Origin: an uncultured Bdellovibrio sp.
Lineage (GTDB): Bacteria > Bdellovibrionota > Bdellovibrionia > Bdellovibrionales > Bdellovibrionaceae
NCBI GenBank assembly: GCA_963932905.1
Contig: CAWVRN010000016.1
Coordinates: 32,412 to 96,411, forward strand
Direction of reading: 5' to 3'
Length of the DNA stretch: 64,000 nt
Positions 10,782 through 20,826 of this stretch are shown here, in pieces. The translations under genes were made by a program, and so were the position numbers. The notes beneath the pieces are model-generated. The model made no database searches, was not told where the DNA came from, and saw nothing but the letters and a program-made list of their open reading frames with translations. Within the stretch, counting starts at the first letter, position 1. Every line of letters begins with the position of its first letter.

Positions 10782-10809
10782 AGAGGCTCCAATCGGAGCC
10801 TCTTTTTTT
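10782..10809 (+). terminator. Rho-independent terminator
   Basis: AGAGGCTCC-AATC-GGAGCCTCT followed by T-run. Confidence 0.8.
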
Positions 10810-10824
10810 GGTTCCGCAATTGCA
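10809..10824 (+). promoter_or_regulatory. Possible sigma54 -24/-12 promoter
   Basis: TGGTTC-CGCAA-TTGCA, correct GG-N10-GC spacing, ~35 nt before the DUF4142 gene start. Confidence 0.45.
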
Positions 10825-10857
10825 CCTTAAAACAATAATAATTTTAAGGAGGCCTCC

Positions 10858-11442
10858 ATGGCAAAAAATATTCTGATAGTTTCCCTGTGTATCTTTATGT
10901 CGCACGCATTCGCGCAGCAAGCACCATCGACCCCGTCGTCCACAACCAATATGCCTACTACGACTGGAAATCAAAACGTGACTTCTAAAGCCGCAATGAC
11001 AGACGGACAGATTTCAAAAATTTTACTGACCATCAATCAAGGTGAAATCGAAGCCGCAAAATGGGCAAAAAAACATGCAGCAAATAAAGATGTGAAAAAC
11101 TTCGCGAAAGAAATGTACAAAGGTCACGAAAAAAATAAAAAAGCAACCCAAGACATGGCGAAAAATAAAATGATCAACTTGGAAGATAGTGAACTCAATA
11201 AAACAATTCAAGATGAAGCATCCAATTCAAATAATAACTTGAAGGCGCTGAAAAGAGATGAAATGGACAAGGTCTATATATCTCAACAAATTATGATGCA
11301 TCAGAATGCTCTAAATCATATCAACAATACTTTAATTCCCAATGCATCTAGCCCCGACCTAAGAGCCCATTTGGAAAAAACTCGTGATGATGTTTCTGCT
11401 CATTTAAACCATGCTCAAGAACTACAAACTAAAATTCAGTAA
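10858..11442 (+). CDS. DUF4142 family exported ferritin-like protein
   Basis: NQGEIEAAK..A.NKDVKNFAKEM..H; DKVYISQQI..HQ; HLNHAQEL. Confidence 0.8.
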   Translation: MAKNILIVSLCIFMSHAFAQQAPSTPSSTTNMPTTTGNQNVTSKAAMTDGQISKILLTINQGEIEAAKWAKKHAANKDVKNFAKEMYKGHEKNKKATQDMAKNKMINLEDSELNKTIQDEASNSNNNLKALKRDEMDKVYISQQIMMHQNALNHINNTLIPNASSPDLRAHLEKTRDDVSAHLNHAQELQTKIQ

Positions 11443-11453
11443 CTAACACTCTG

Positions 11454-11490
11454 CCTCTCTGCGATCTCATATAGATTGCAGAGAGGTTTT
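11454..11490 (+). terminator. Probable Rho-independent terminator
   Basis: CCTCTCTGCGATCT-N5-AGATTGCAGAGAGG-TTTT. Confidence 0.6.
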
Positions 11491-11509
11491 ATTATACATT
11501 TAATTCCAA

Positions 11510-12307
11510 ATGAAAAAATATATTATTGCGCTTGTTTTTTTAATTGTGGCTGGGCTTGGGCTTAAATTTTTACGTACACCTATTGATCCTGGTACGTCAT
11601 CCGTTGGTCAAAATTCCTATATACCTTCTGTCGATGGGAAAAATCAGAAACTAGCAGATCTAGAGAAATCGGTGGCTTCGCAACCCACCCCAGGTTTTAG
11701 CATCAATCGCAATGGTCCCGATCTGGTGATCACGACTCGATCTGGAAAAGCTTTCTCTTATAAAGACACTAAAAACGAAACCGCTTCTAATTTTTCTTAT
11801 GTAGTCGAATACAGATCAAATCCTGAAGTTTTAGTCGTATACTCTGAATCTGCAGAAATACGAAAATTTGCGTACTTGCTTGCTAGCGGAAATGAAATCC
11901 CTGCTAATCATTATCTCTATCCGTCCCCATCAGGAACAAGAGCTGTACAGGTTAGCTCACCGGATCCAAAATCAGAGCAACCTTCTAAATACAGTTTCAT
12001 TGGGTGGTCGATCGTTGAGAAGGACGGTGATACGTTCAAAGAAATCAGCAAACAAACTCCTATCGAGTTTAAGGATTTCAATAATGTTGGATTGCGTTTC
12101 TCAAGTTGGGACGGCGAAGAGGCCATTGATGTCATCATCAAGTACACGACAACTCAAAAAGCAGAATTTGTGACTTTATGTGTTCCTGGTAAAATTGAGC
12201 TTATTGATGACAAGTGGACCCTCAATGCCGAGCTTGAAGCCGCAGAACAAGATTGCAACGAATTTAACACCCTGATGGCACCCGAGCCTATTAAAGAAAT
12301 TCTATAA
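11510..12307 (+). CDS. Hypothetical membrane-anchored protein
   Basis: 265-aa ORF, N-terminal TM. Confidence 0.7.
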   Translation: MKKYIIALVFLIVAGLGLKFLRTPIDPGTSSVGQNSYIPSVDGKNQKLADLEKSVASQPTPGFSINRNGPDLVITTRSGKAFSYKDTKNETASNFSYVVEYRSNPEVLVVYSESAEIRKFAYLLASGNEIPANHYLYPSPSGTRAVQVSSPDPKSEQPSKYSFIGWSIVEKDGDTFKEISKQTPIEFKDFNNVGLRFSSWDGEEAIDVIIKYTTTQKAEFVTLCVPGKIELIDDKWTLNAELEAAEQDCNEFNTLMAPEPIKEIL

Positions 12308-12309
12308 TT

Positions 12310-12726
12310 TTAATCTAGTTCAAGACGGCGGATAGATTTAATTATACCCGCTTCAATTTCAAACCGAACATTCCACCTTAAGAAAGGTGGAATAGCGATG
12401 ATCTGAGTATCCAAAGTGATCTTTTTTATTTCAGCAATTTTTTTCTGCATGTCGATCATACTTACACCCATAGTGTCGTTGGTGACTTCTTTCGTATGGA
12501 TCTTTCCGGATTCTTTATCTACTAAATAGAAAGAGGTAAAACCAAGATCCTTGGCTCTAGGGAGCAATAGCTGCGCGGGCCTAGACACAACAAACTCTTT
12601 AATTAATGTATCTGAAGCCTTTTGACAGAATCGAAGCCTTCGATTGACTAAAAAATACGTGGCAATAATTAGAAGGGCACTAAAGGCGACAGCGGCAAAT
12701 AGGAGATTAACAAATAGTTCGCTCAT
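12310..12726 (-). CDS. Hypothetical membrane protein
   Basis: 138-aa ORF, N-terminal TM. Confidence 0.65.
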   Translation of the reverse strand: MSELFVNLLFAAVAFSALLIIATYFLVNRRLRFCQKASDTLIKEFVVSRPAQLLLPRAKDLGFTSFYLVDKESGKIHTKEVTNDTMGVSMIDMQKKIAEIKKITLDTQIIAIPPFLRWNVRFEIEAGIIKSIRRLELD

Positions 12727-12762
12727 TAAATATAATGCTAAAGTAAAATAGTTTAAAAAGCA

Positions 12763-12792
12763 AAAGCAGCGCTCATTTTGAGTCGCTGCTTT
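12763..12792 (-). terminator. Probable terminator of the 12813-13124 gene
   Basis: AAAGCAGCG...CGCTGCTTT hairpin with T-rich tail on minus strand. Confidence 0.55.
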
Positions 12793-12812
12793 GTTAACCA
12801 GTTAAGGAAAAT

Positions 12813-13124
12813 TTATAAGTAACGGCGATTGGCTGTGCAAATTAGTTGAGCTTTAGAGGCACCGTACATTTGGCAGCCAGTTGTCGCTGGGTTACACAAT
12901 TCCGGAGAAATAGTCACGCAAGCGGCTTCCATGTAACTCATATCTGGTTTTGCATGACAACCCGCAGGCATTGCCGGAGTTCGCTGAGCTGTACAAAATG
13001 GGATGCGTTGGCAGTTCACACCATCATCTGTGTACTTCGCGCAAATTTGCGGAAGAGTGTAAGATTGTGCAAACAAAGATTGCGCGCCTAAAATCATCAT
13101 AAGAACAAATACTAGGTTTTTCAT
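12813..13124 (-). CDS. Small Cys-rich secreted protein
   Basis: Signal peptide ...QSLFA; 8 Cys in ~84-aa mature part. Confidence 0.7.
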   Translation of the reverse strand: MKNLVFVLMMILGAQSLFAQSYTLPQICAKYTDDGVNCQRIPFCTAQRTPAMPAGCHAKPDMSYMEAACVTISPELCNPATTGCQMYGASKAQLICTANRRYL

Positions 13125-13250
13125 AAGGTTCCTTTGGGTTTGGGTTATGGTCGAGGTTTAATTTAAAATAATGTGACTAAGCTTGCAAAAAATAGAAAAT
13201 AAAAAGAAAATAAACAGAAATAAACTATTAATTTCACTATAGAATTTAAA

Positions 13251-13904
13251 ATGAAAGAAATACTGACAAAGGATGATTTAACTCATCTAATTTTTGAAGA
13301 AATATATCGGCGCTATAGCGAGCCCAAAACTCGCCGTAAAGCATTTGCGATATTGGAATCGGCCATCAGTTGTTACGATAAACGTGGCTTTGATAGTGTC
13401 ACCTTAAAAATGATCGCTCGAGAATCCGGCTTAACGGCGCCTTCATTAAAACACTATTTTTCAGATCTAGATGAAATTCGCGAGCTAGCGGTAAAGTACG
13501 TTCACATGATTGCTCAAAAAATTGTAGTGGACGCAATGGTTGATGCTAAAGATCCCAAAGATCGTTTGGCGAAATATCTAAACGGTCATTATATCTGGGC
13601 TAAACAATTCAAACGACACGTTTGTGTTTGGATCTCGTTTATATCATTTAGTTCTAGAAAAAAGAAAGACCGAGCTCTCAATACCGAAGCCGTGCTTAAC
13701 GGAGCAAAGAGAATCAGCGAAATGTTATCACGTGGACGCCGTAGTGGTGTTTTCAAACACAAAGACGATTTCATCGCCGCGCGAGTTATTCAAACTCTCA
13801 TTTTGGGTTGGCTCACAACGATTGTTACCGAAGACATCACTAACATAGATTCCTATACGGAAGGTGTTTTCAAAGAATGCTTCCGAACGGTCGAAACTAA
13901 CTAA
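13251..13904 (+). CDS. TetR/AcrR family regulator
   Basis: GFDSVTLKMIARESGLTAPSLKHYF HTH. Confidence 0.85.
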   Translation: MKEILTKDDLTHLIFEEIYRRYSEPKTRRKAFAILESAISCYDKRGFDSVTLKMIARESGLTAPSLKHYFSDLDEIRELAVKYVHMIAQKIVVDAMVDAKDPKDRLAKYLNGHYIWAKQFKRHVCVWISFISFSSRKKKDRALNTEAVLNGAKRISEMLSRGRRSGVFKHKDDFIAARVIQTLILGWLTTIVTEDITNIDSYTEGVFKECFRTVETN

Positions 13905-13910
13905 AACAAT

Positions 13911-15731
13911 CTATTCTCGTAATTTGACGCTAGAATATTCCGGGCGAAGAAATAGTCTTATTAGGTCATCAGTCGAATACTTCATTACCCACAAAGAAGT
14001 CTTTCCTTCTGGGAGGTTCAGATGTTGAGGAGCATATACAATACTAGCACCTCGTCGGCGATAAAAATTCATCCCGGCGCGATTACAATCGAAATATAAA
14101 TCACCCTTTATGTTAGCCATTTTTAAATACTCAGCCACGCCCGCCATTACAGTTAAAAAAGATTCGCTCTCAGCCAAATGGCTTGCGAACAATCGACCAA
14201 GTTCCATCGTTTTCTCTCCGTTCGAAGATCGGGGCAAATGGATATGAGGGAATTCTCTTTCGATATACGTTTTATCATAAGTACCATCAAAAATCCGAAT
14301 TAGAGCTAACAAGCGATGCTGCTCGTTTGGCTTAGTAAAAGATAAATATGTTGTTAAATTCAGTGGCGCTTTAAGTTCAATTTGCTCATCATGAGCAATT
14401 TCACTTTCGGTGAAACTTCCGTTCTTCCTTAGCGTATCGAAGTATGTTTTAACATAAGCCACTAGCTGAGGATCATGTTCCACATTATGTTCTCGGCGCC
14501 CGTCAAGCCAACGCGATGATACTACGTTTCCTTGCAGCCTTCTCAACATTGGGTTCCAGGCCAGCATCGTCTGATCATAATCGCTATATCCACCAGGCAG
14601 ATCTGGGTAAATTCGCGGTGAGAAAATATGTAAATCATTTTGGTAATTCGCAGGAGCCGGTTGAATCGATCGGGCTTTATCAACATCACCACGCGCTTCC
14701 AAAAATTGAAAATAGAATTCCGACACATCTCCGTACTTTTTTGTTTTTAACTGTTCTAGTCTGGTTAGAATTTCAAGTAAGTATTTTTTGGCAGCAATAT
14801 CATGAGAATTTTGAAACAGAAAATCGGTCATGTAATGCATAGACGGGTATGGCAGAGCCATTTCGTAAACTCGCCAGTCCGTTAGTTGCAGCCATTTTGG
14901 AACAGATTCATGTGGCCAGTATTTACTAGCAACGCCAAATTTTCTAAGTAAATCAAAATATTTATTCATTATATACAAATCTAATTTAGAATTGGAATTA
15001 GCAAACGCCTCTAACGCAAACTCGGTTTGCTTAGAACGAAGTGCTTTACTAGCCGCTCCTTGATCAATCCATTTTTTTATTTTGAATTTAAACTCAGCAT
15101 ACAAATCATCATAAGCTTTATTACCGATGGCATCAGAATACTTTTTCGTAATGTCCCCAGTGGTTGATAATTCTTTTATTGCCCACGTATGGTTAGCTTG
15201 CTGCAAGACTTGCTTTAACGTCGCTATGTTTCCTAAATCAACAGCCGTTTGCAGAACATGCTCTAAGTATTTCAGATCTTGATCTTTTGAAACCGATACA
15301 ATCAAGGGACCATTTAGGAAATAGCCTTCGATGATATGCCAGTCCCAATGACGCTCTTGAAAGAAGTTACTTTTCGGACGTTCACCCATCAGCAGGTCAA
15401 CATAAAATCCTGGGGTTCGTACTTCATAATAGCCAGTCGTTGATTCAAAAATTTTTAAGTAGACATCGAAATACTTCAGATCAGAATCAGTACCGTATTT
15501 TTTTAGTTTTTGAAAAAGTCTTTTCGCAGATTTGGCATCACTTGCCTCTTTGGGCTGTGCCCACTCCGACCCGAAATATTTATTCAAACGAGCCTCTAAA
15601 TTTTTTACCTGCTGATTACGGACAACCGATACCATTGGCTTATAGAATTGATGGCAGTCATCCTTAGCCAATGCCCAGCACTGGGTGAAAAGTATTATTA
15701 AAAATAACCAGTGGCAGACGAGCTTTTCCAT
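13911..15731 (-). CDS. Large secreted hypothetical protein with possible C-terminal GNAT-like acyltransferase domain
   Basis: Signal peptide from Met 15731; C-terminal MELGRL...NFYRRRGA resembles GNAT motifs. Confidence 0.6.
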   Translation of the reverse strand: MEKLVCHWLFLIILFTQCWALAKDDCHQFYKPMVSVVRNQQVKNLEARLNKYFGSEWAQPKEASDAKSAKRLFQKLKKYGTDSDLKYFDVYLKIFESTTGYYEVRTPGFYVDLLMGERPKSNFFQERHWDWHIIEGYFLNGPLIVSVSKDQDLKYLEHVLQTAVDLGNIATLKQVLQQANHTWAIKELSTTGDITKKYSDAIGNKAYDDLYAEFKFKIKKWIDQGAASKALRSKQTEFALEAFANSNSKLDLYIMNKYFDLLRKFGVASKYWPHESVPKWLQLTDWRVYEMALPYPSMHYMTDFLFQNSHDIAAKKYLLEILTRLEQLKTKKYGDVSEFYFQFLEARGDVDKARSIQPAPANYQNDLHIFSPRIYPDLPGGYSDYDQTMLAWNPMLRRLQGNVVSSRWLDGRREHNVEHDPQLVAYVKTYFDTLRKNGSFTESEIAHDEQIELKAPLNLTTYLSFTKPNEQHRLLALIRIFDGTYDKTYIEREFPHIHLPRSSNGEKTMELGRLFASHLAESESFLTVMAGVAEYLKMANIKGDLYFDCNRAGMNFYRRRGASIVYAPQHLNLPEGKTSLWVMKYSTDDLIRLFLRPEYSSVKLRE

Positions 15732-15926
15732 CAATAGGATAAAATGCAACCACAATACCCATCCTACTAAGATCACGAAGGTTTAGTATGTTTTTAGGAA
15801 CTATTTACCCCAAGCCGGAAGGCACCTGTCTAATATTTTGACAGTTAGAAATTAGGGCAACTACCGTTTTGAAATACATTACCTCGGATGACTTTGCTTA
15901 TGTTGGTTCTTTATATGTTTCAATGC

Positions 15927-16517
15927 TTAATAAACGACTTCGACATGATTGATAGTCTTTGTTTCGTTCATGCACCAGGAATCATATCCTAATCCAAATC
16001 CAAGAGGAGGTGCATCGCTGACGGAACCTGCTGCGCATAAGATAAATGTATTTGAAGTTAAATCTGTCGGTAGAGCATTTAGAATCGCATCATCGGCAGG
16101 TGGCAATGAACTGGCACTTTTAGTTGCCAGAAACTGATTCACTCCATCACCAGGCGCAGGTGCACAGGCACCAGCTCCTGGCGCCCAATCTAGTTGAGAA
16201 CAAGATCCCGATCCACCGGTACCACAGGTTCCATAAAAGAAATCGACGTTATGAAATCCGACCGAATAATATCGATTTGATGAACTAGGTTCAAAACCAA
16301 GGGCCCCGAGGCAGGCAGTGAAACTGCCTTTTTCAGAAAAGAAAACATTTTCAACTGCAAAAGCAGCGTTCAGAGAAACTTTAACTTCGGCGGAGCGAGC
16401 TTTCGCCACAAATTTTCGATACTGCGGAATTCCGATGATGCTTAAAATACCTATGATGGAGACAACCACCATCAATTCAATTAAAGAAAAGCCCGATCGA
16501 GTTTTTAAAATCATCAA
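15927..16517 (-). CDS. Type IV pilin (PilA-like)
   Basis: Class III signal G|FSLIELMVVVSIIGILSIIGIPQY; C-terminal Cys. Confidence 0.9.
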   Translation of the reverse strand: MMILKTRSGFSLIELMVVVSIIGILSIIGIPQYRKFVAKARSAEVKVSLNAAFAVENVFFSEKGSFTACLGALGFEPSSSNRYYSVGFHNVDFFYGTCGTGGSGSCSQLDWAPGAGACAPAPGDGVNQFLATKSASSLPPADDAILNALPTDLTSNTFILCAAGSVSDAPPLGFGLGYDSWCMNETKTINHVEVVY

Positions 16518-16529
16518 TCCGTTATACCT

Positions 16530-17249
16530 TTATGTTTCCAATTTCGATTTAAAACTAAAAACTTTATGAGTGTCTTTAACTGGCAATACAATCCAGATCC
16601 GATAAATACCTGGATCTGAAATACCGTGCGGAATTCTGATTTTTATTTTCTTTGTATCTTTATCCAACACTGTCTCTGAATGGAAAATCCGCGAACCAAA
16701 ATTATTCGAGACCACTGAATACATAGTATTATCGAATGCATCGGACGAGTTGTTTACCATGTAAGAAAACTGAAAACTAGCCACCCCTTCTTTAAAGTCG
16801 CTTTTCACGAGTTCAATTTTTAAATTCCCATTTTCGTATAGTTTCATTTCCTTTTCAGGATCGGGATTTCTAACTTCCGCAGCACCCTTAAATTTATAGG
16901 ACATGAAAATATCGTTATCAAAATGCCCCTCGGCCCAAAGCCAATTCCATCCGGGAAGAATGTCATCAAACGTACCTTTCCAATCATTTTTTGCAGCTGT
17001 CAATGTCGCTATTTTGATTTCACTCCCAAACGAATTAAATAAGAAAACCTTTTTGATTGTACTCTTTTCTGCCGGTGTTATCGATTTATCTAAAAACGTA
17101 TTTTTAACTGCAAATTCAAACTCATACTTACCAGACTTCGCCTTATCTATTTTGAAATTATGTAAGCGCAGACTTGGATCAGAAATATTATGGGCCCTAG
17201 CCGACGAACCAAAGATGACACACAAAAGAAAAAGATATCTAATTGCCAT
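16530..17249 (-). CDS. Hypothetical secreted protein
   Basis: Signal peptide ...SARA; co-oriented with pilin. Confidence 0.65.
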   Translation of the reverse strand: MAIRYLFLLCVIFGSSARAHNISDPSLRLHNFKIDKAKSGKYEFEFAVKNTFLDKSITPAEKSTIKKVFLFNSFGSEIKIATLTAAKNDWKGTFDDILPGWNWLWAEGHFDNDIFMSYKFKGAAEVRNPDPEKEMKLYENGNLKIELVKSDFKEGVASFQFSYMVNNSSDAFDNTMYSVVSNNFGSRIFHSETVLDKDTKKIKIRIPHGISDPGIYRIWIVLPVKDTHKVFSFKSKLET

Positions 17250-17661
17250 ACTTGTTTATCAACCTATTCACTTCGTCGGCCAAATCGCCGAAGAAATCGC
17301 CTTTACGCAAATTAACTTGATCCGACTTTTTAAGCTGATTTTGATTCAATTGTTTTAGCGCATTACTGATTTTCAAAACAGGTCCTACAATTTGATTCGA
17401 TTGAAGCACTAGAACTATAAAAACCCCTAAGGACGTAAGAACATAGATAATAAAAAAACTAATATTAAAATAGATACCTAGTGTCGCGGCAAATTCCTTA
17501 TGGGCTTCGTTATGCGAATAGTCTTCAACTAAATCAAAAAGTATGTTCCTACCGATCAGGTACAATGCGATCAACCCCATCGAATTCATAAGAAGTCCAA
17601 GAAGGATAATACGCAGCTGCGATTTAACAGAAACAATCATTATTTTTCGCTTGAATTCCAT
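17239..17661 (-). CDS. Two-TM membrane protein with HAMP-like tail
   Basis: Two TMs; SNQIVGPV.KI...LRKGDFFGDLADEVN. Confidence 0.7.
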   Translation of the reverse strand: MEFKRKIMIVSVKSQLRIILLGLLMNSMGLIALYLIGRNILFDLVEDYSHNEAHKEFAATLGIYFNISFFIIYVLTSLGVFIVLVLQSNQIVGPVLKISNALKQLNQNQLKKSDQVNLRKGDFFGDLADEVNRLINKYGN

Positions 17662-17786
17662 ATAACCAATTTAGACTATACCGACATAAAAAACGAAACC
17701 AAAATAGAAAACGAGACAAATATCGAGTTCCAATTTTATTTATCTTCCAGGAAAACGCTGATAGAGTTTTTTAGCGGGAGATAAGT

Positions 17787-18281
17787 ATGCTTGGATTATT
17801 AATTAGAAGACGGGTTCTCATCGTTTTACCAATCTTGATTTTGATCTACTTTTTTATAGACAAGTCAGTAGACAAAGTACAGCGAATCGAATCCTCAAAA
17901 TCCCGTGTTAACCACATGATTGCTCACGACATTAGTTATAAAATTGATCTCTATAATCAAACTCTCATGAAAGAAAAACAATTAGCTAAAGATAGTTCCG
18001 AAATAGCAAAAATTGAGAACGCTCAGCAACGCCTTTATAAATTGAAAACTCAGCTGAAAAGTCACGAGAACGATGCAATCGCCAACGCAAAAAATGCGCT
18101 AGAAAAAGATTTTCCAGAGGTTGGTTTTAAAAATCATTCACCTGAGTTGGATGATAGAATCAGTAAGGTCAATATTTCTTTGAAAGCCAATGAGCTTGAT
18201 TTGCAAAGACATGAAGAACAAACTAAAGGAGCATTTCATAAACTGATTGCTAAACTCTTTGGCTTAACGAAAAACGATTAA
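17787..18281 (+). CDS. Hypothetical membrane-anchored coiled-coil protein
   Basis: N-terminal TM; helical K/E-rich body; GGAG RBS. Confidence 0.65.
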   Translation: MLGLLIRRRVLIVLPILILIYFFIDKSVDKVQRIESSKSRVNHMIAHDISYKIDLYNQTLMKEKQLAKDSSEIAKIENAQQRLYKLKTQLKSHENDAIANAKNALEKDFPEVGFKNHSPELDDRISKVNISLKANELDLQRHEEQTKGAFHKLIAKLFGLTKND

Positions 18282-18335
18282 AACAATTGGCTGAACACTA
18301 AGCTTTGGATAAAGCTTTTGTTTTTAGTATGGGAT

Positions 18336-18689
18336 TTATTCAACCAAGATACTGTTCTTTAAAGTTTTATCTAAGAGATGTCTGCTTTTTTTTAGCGCTT
18401 CAATTTCTTTGTCTAGTCTCCGAAGTTCATTCTGAAACAAACTTTTCAAGTCCTGACACATCAAAATCTTGGTCTCTTGCAGAGTACAGGGCACGATGTA
18501 TTTTATTTTTTTTAAACCTAGACGAGCCTTCAATAGCCATTGAATTTGCTTGATAGTATTCGCTTGAGACTGACTGTACTCCCGATATCCGTTAGAATTT
18601 CTAAGTGGTACAATAAGACCTAATTTCTCATAATGACGCAAGCTTCGCGCGGAGGCACCACAGTATTTCGCAAATTCGCTGATTTTCAT
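18336..18689 (-). CDS. MerR family regulator
   Basis: MKISEFA...RSLRHYEKLGLI..RNSNGYREY. Confidence 0.9.
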   Translation of the reverse strand: MKISEFAKYCGASARSLRHYEKLGLIVPLRNSNGYREYSQSQANTIKQIQWLLKARLGLKKIKYIVPCTLQETKILMCQDLKSLFQNELRRLDKEIEALKKSRHLLDKTLKNSILVE

Positions 18690-18701
18690 GCTTCAATTCT
18701 A

Positions 18702-18733
18702 TTGACCTTAACATATATGTCAAGGTGTAAGCT
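18702..18733 (+). promoter_or_regulatory. MerR-type promoter/operator
   Basis: TTGACC-N20-TAAGCT with dyad ACCTTAACAT/ATGTCAAGGT over the long spacer. Confidence 0.75.
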
Positions 18734-18754
18734 TTTAGTATAAAGGAGATCCAA

Positions 18755-19126
18755 ATGATTCGAGGAAGCTGTTGCTGTGGAAGCATCAAATTTGAATTAA
18801 CCAAACCACCAAGCATAATGGGTACCTGCCATTGTTCCAGATGTAGAAAATCAGGGGCCAGTACCATCGTTTTTATCGAGAGTAATAGTCTGAGGTGGAT
18901 TCAGGGGAAAGAAATGGTGGCTACCTACAAACCTGAACTTCCATTTAAATACTCAAGAAATTTCTGCTCCAGTTGCGGAACTTCATTAGGAGAGATTCTG
19001 TCTAAGGAGAAAAGTTTTCCAATTTCGGCCAACTGCTTTGATGATGATCTTCTTGTGAAAAATACTTTCCATGAGCATGTAGATAGCAAACCCACATGGT
19101 ATGAGATTTGTGATAGCAAAAATTAG
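18755..19126 (+). CDS. GFA (glutathione-dependent formaldehyde-activating) family protein
   Basis: GSCCCG, CHCSRCRK, FCSSCGT motifs. Confidence 0.9.
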   Translation: MIRGSCCCGSIKFELTKPPSIMGTCHCSRCRKSGASTIVFIESNSLRWIQGKEMVATYKPELPFKYSRNFCSSCGTSLGEILSKEKSFPISANCFDDDLLVKNTFHEHVDSKPTWYEICDSKN

Positions 19127-19461
19127 AACTTAATGAGATTGACCCGGCGTTCGTTAAGCCAAAACATGGAGGCCAAGACGAAAATAAGTAATTTATGTCA
19201 GCGATTCTATGTCCATAGGGCCCAGACCACGAATTTTATTCCTAATATCTCGTATCAGACCGTAGGTATCAAAAGAGTAACAACATCAAATTAATTGAAC
19301 CGCACCATAGTGATACTTCTCTCTAAAACCTTGGTGTTTGCGTCTCTATACAGGATTTGTAGACCTCTGTCTCAATGCAGCTCTTTAGTTATCCTCACAA
19401 ATCGTCGAGGTAACAGCGTTGAAATTATTCAACGTTAATAACTTAACAAAGGAGCACGTAT

Positions 19462-20700
19462 ATGAAAAAGTTTAAGTTAAATATTTTGGTCTGTATTTCG
19501 ATAGGTCTGCTTATGGGGCTTAGCGCCTGCGACAAAAAATCAACTAAAGATGAGACTGTCGCTGCGACAACAAATGAATTTTCAAGTTTAGCGGAGGTCA
19601 CAGGCCCAGTGACAGGAGTCAGCTCGTCTGGTCTATCCGCAAAATTAACTTCCAATATTGGAATTCTGGCGGCAACGACGGGAGTTAGTTTATCTAGCCC
19701 TGGCACGTTTTCATCAGGAACATCCTTACAGTTATGCGAGAATGCCAACTACACAAAAGAAATTTTAAGGGAAGCCGCGTCTCCGGATAAGATACTTTGC
19801 TATATGAGTAAAATGAAAGCCAATGGTGTTATTCCCAGCACACTCAACCTAAGCGACGGCAATTCTAAGTATATCAAATTAGTAAATTTACCAGGCGGCG
19901 GTGGCGGCGGAAATAGCAATCCACTGGTTAAATTTCAGATTGTAAAATCAGGTAACGCCATAGCTAGTTTTAAAATGTGGTCCTGCTTTTCAGGAACAGC
20001 CTCTGCACCGGAACAATCCGAATACATTAGTGAACTCTTCAATGAGCTTACTGCGACGGTGACTTCAAAATATAAAGGAAGCGAAAGTGGTGCTACTTTT
20101 GGTTCGAGCATGACCGCCAGCGGAACTTTCGTTGATGGGGCTTGGAGTAGCAAAAACATCAGTGGCTACAGATATTTTTCTCACTCTGGAAACTCCAATG
20201 TTATGACCATTAATATGAATCAATATGCTGATAGAATCGACATGAGTATTGCCATGAAGGGCCGCTATAGTTCTAGCACCTATACAAATAAATTTTATTC
20301 GGTCATGCAAATTCTAAATGGAGCGTCACTAAGCACCCTGGCTCTAGGTGACGGTAGTTCAAAATACAGTATGTCCTATGATTCTGATTCCAACGGCAGT
20401 GCTGAGTTCTCAGAAGCCAGCACCAAATCATGGAGTGGAGATTCAAAAATGAATCTGTCGACCGCATCTTCGGGAGACTATTATACGGCAGCCAACGCCG
20501 GAACGGTCCCAGCAGACCCTAACTCGGCACAAACGGTTTCCTTTTCCACTGATGAGGCCTGGGATTGCACTTTGCCATCAGGTGAGTCTTGGACAGAGGC
20601 GGACTTTAACGTTGGGGGCTCGGGTATTACAGAAGGAATGCAAGCCTGCGAAAGCAAATATCTAGGCAGCGGTGGCGGTTGGATTAACTGCCCTTACTAG
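19462..20700 (+). CDS. Hypothetical Ser/Gly-rich lipoprotein
   Basis: Lipobox LSAC; AAGGAG RBS; downstream terminator. Confidence 0.75.
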   Translation: MKKFKLNILVCISIGLLMGLSACDKKSTKDETVAATTNEFSSLAEVTGPVTGVSSSGLSAKLTSNIGILAATTGVSLSSPGTFSSGTSLQLCENANYTKEILREAASPDKILCYMSKMKANGVIPSTLNLSDGNSKYIKLVNLPGGGGGGNSNPLVKFQIVKSGNAIASFKMWSCFSGTASAPEQSEYISELFNELTATVTSKYKGSESGATFGSSMTASGTFVDGAWSSKNISGYRYFSHSGNSNVMTINMNQYADRIDMSIAMKGRYSSSTYTNKFYSVMQILNGASLSTLALGDGSSKYSMSYDSDSNGSAEFSEASTKSWSGDSKMNLSTASSGDYYTAANAGTVPADPNSAQTVSFSTDEAWDCTLPSGESWTEADFNVGGSGITEGMQACESKYLGSGGGWINCPY

Positions 20701-20738
20701 CATTCTTTATGTAGATTATCGATCTTAGATTTTAATTT

Positions 20739-20765
20739 TGCCCGTCCTAATCGGACGGGCATTTT
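20739..20765 (+). terminator. Rho-independent terminator
   Basis: TGCCCGTCC-TAATC-GGACGGGCA-TTTT. Confidence 0.7.
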
Positions 20766-20826
20766 ATCGAGTTAAAAAAACTTCGCATCCAAAAATCGGT
20801 TGTACACTTAATTGACAGATAGGAAA

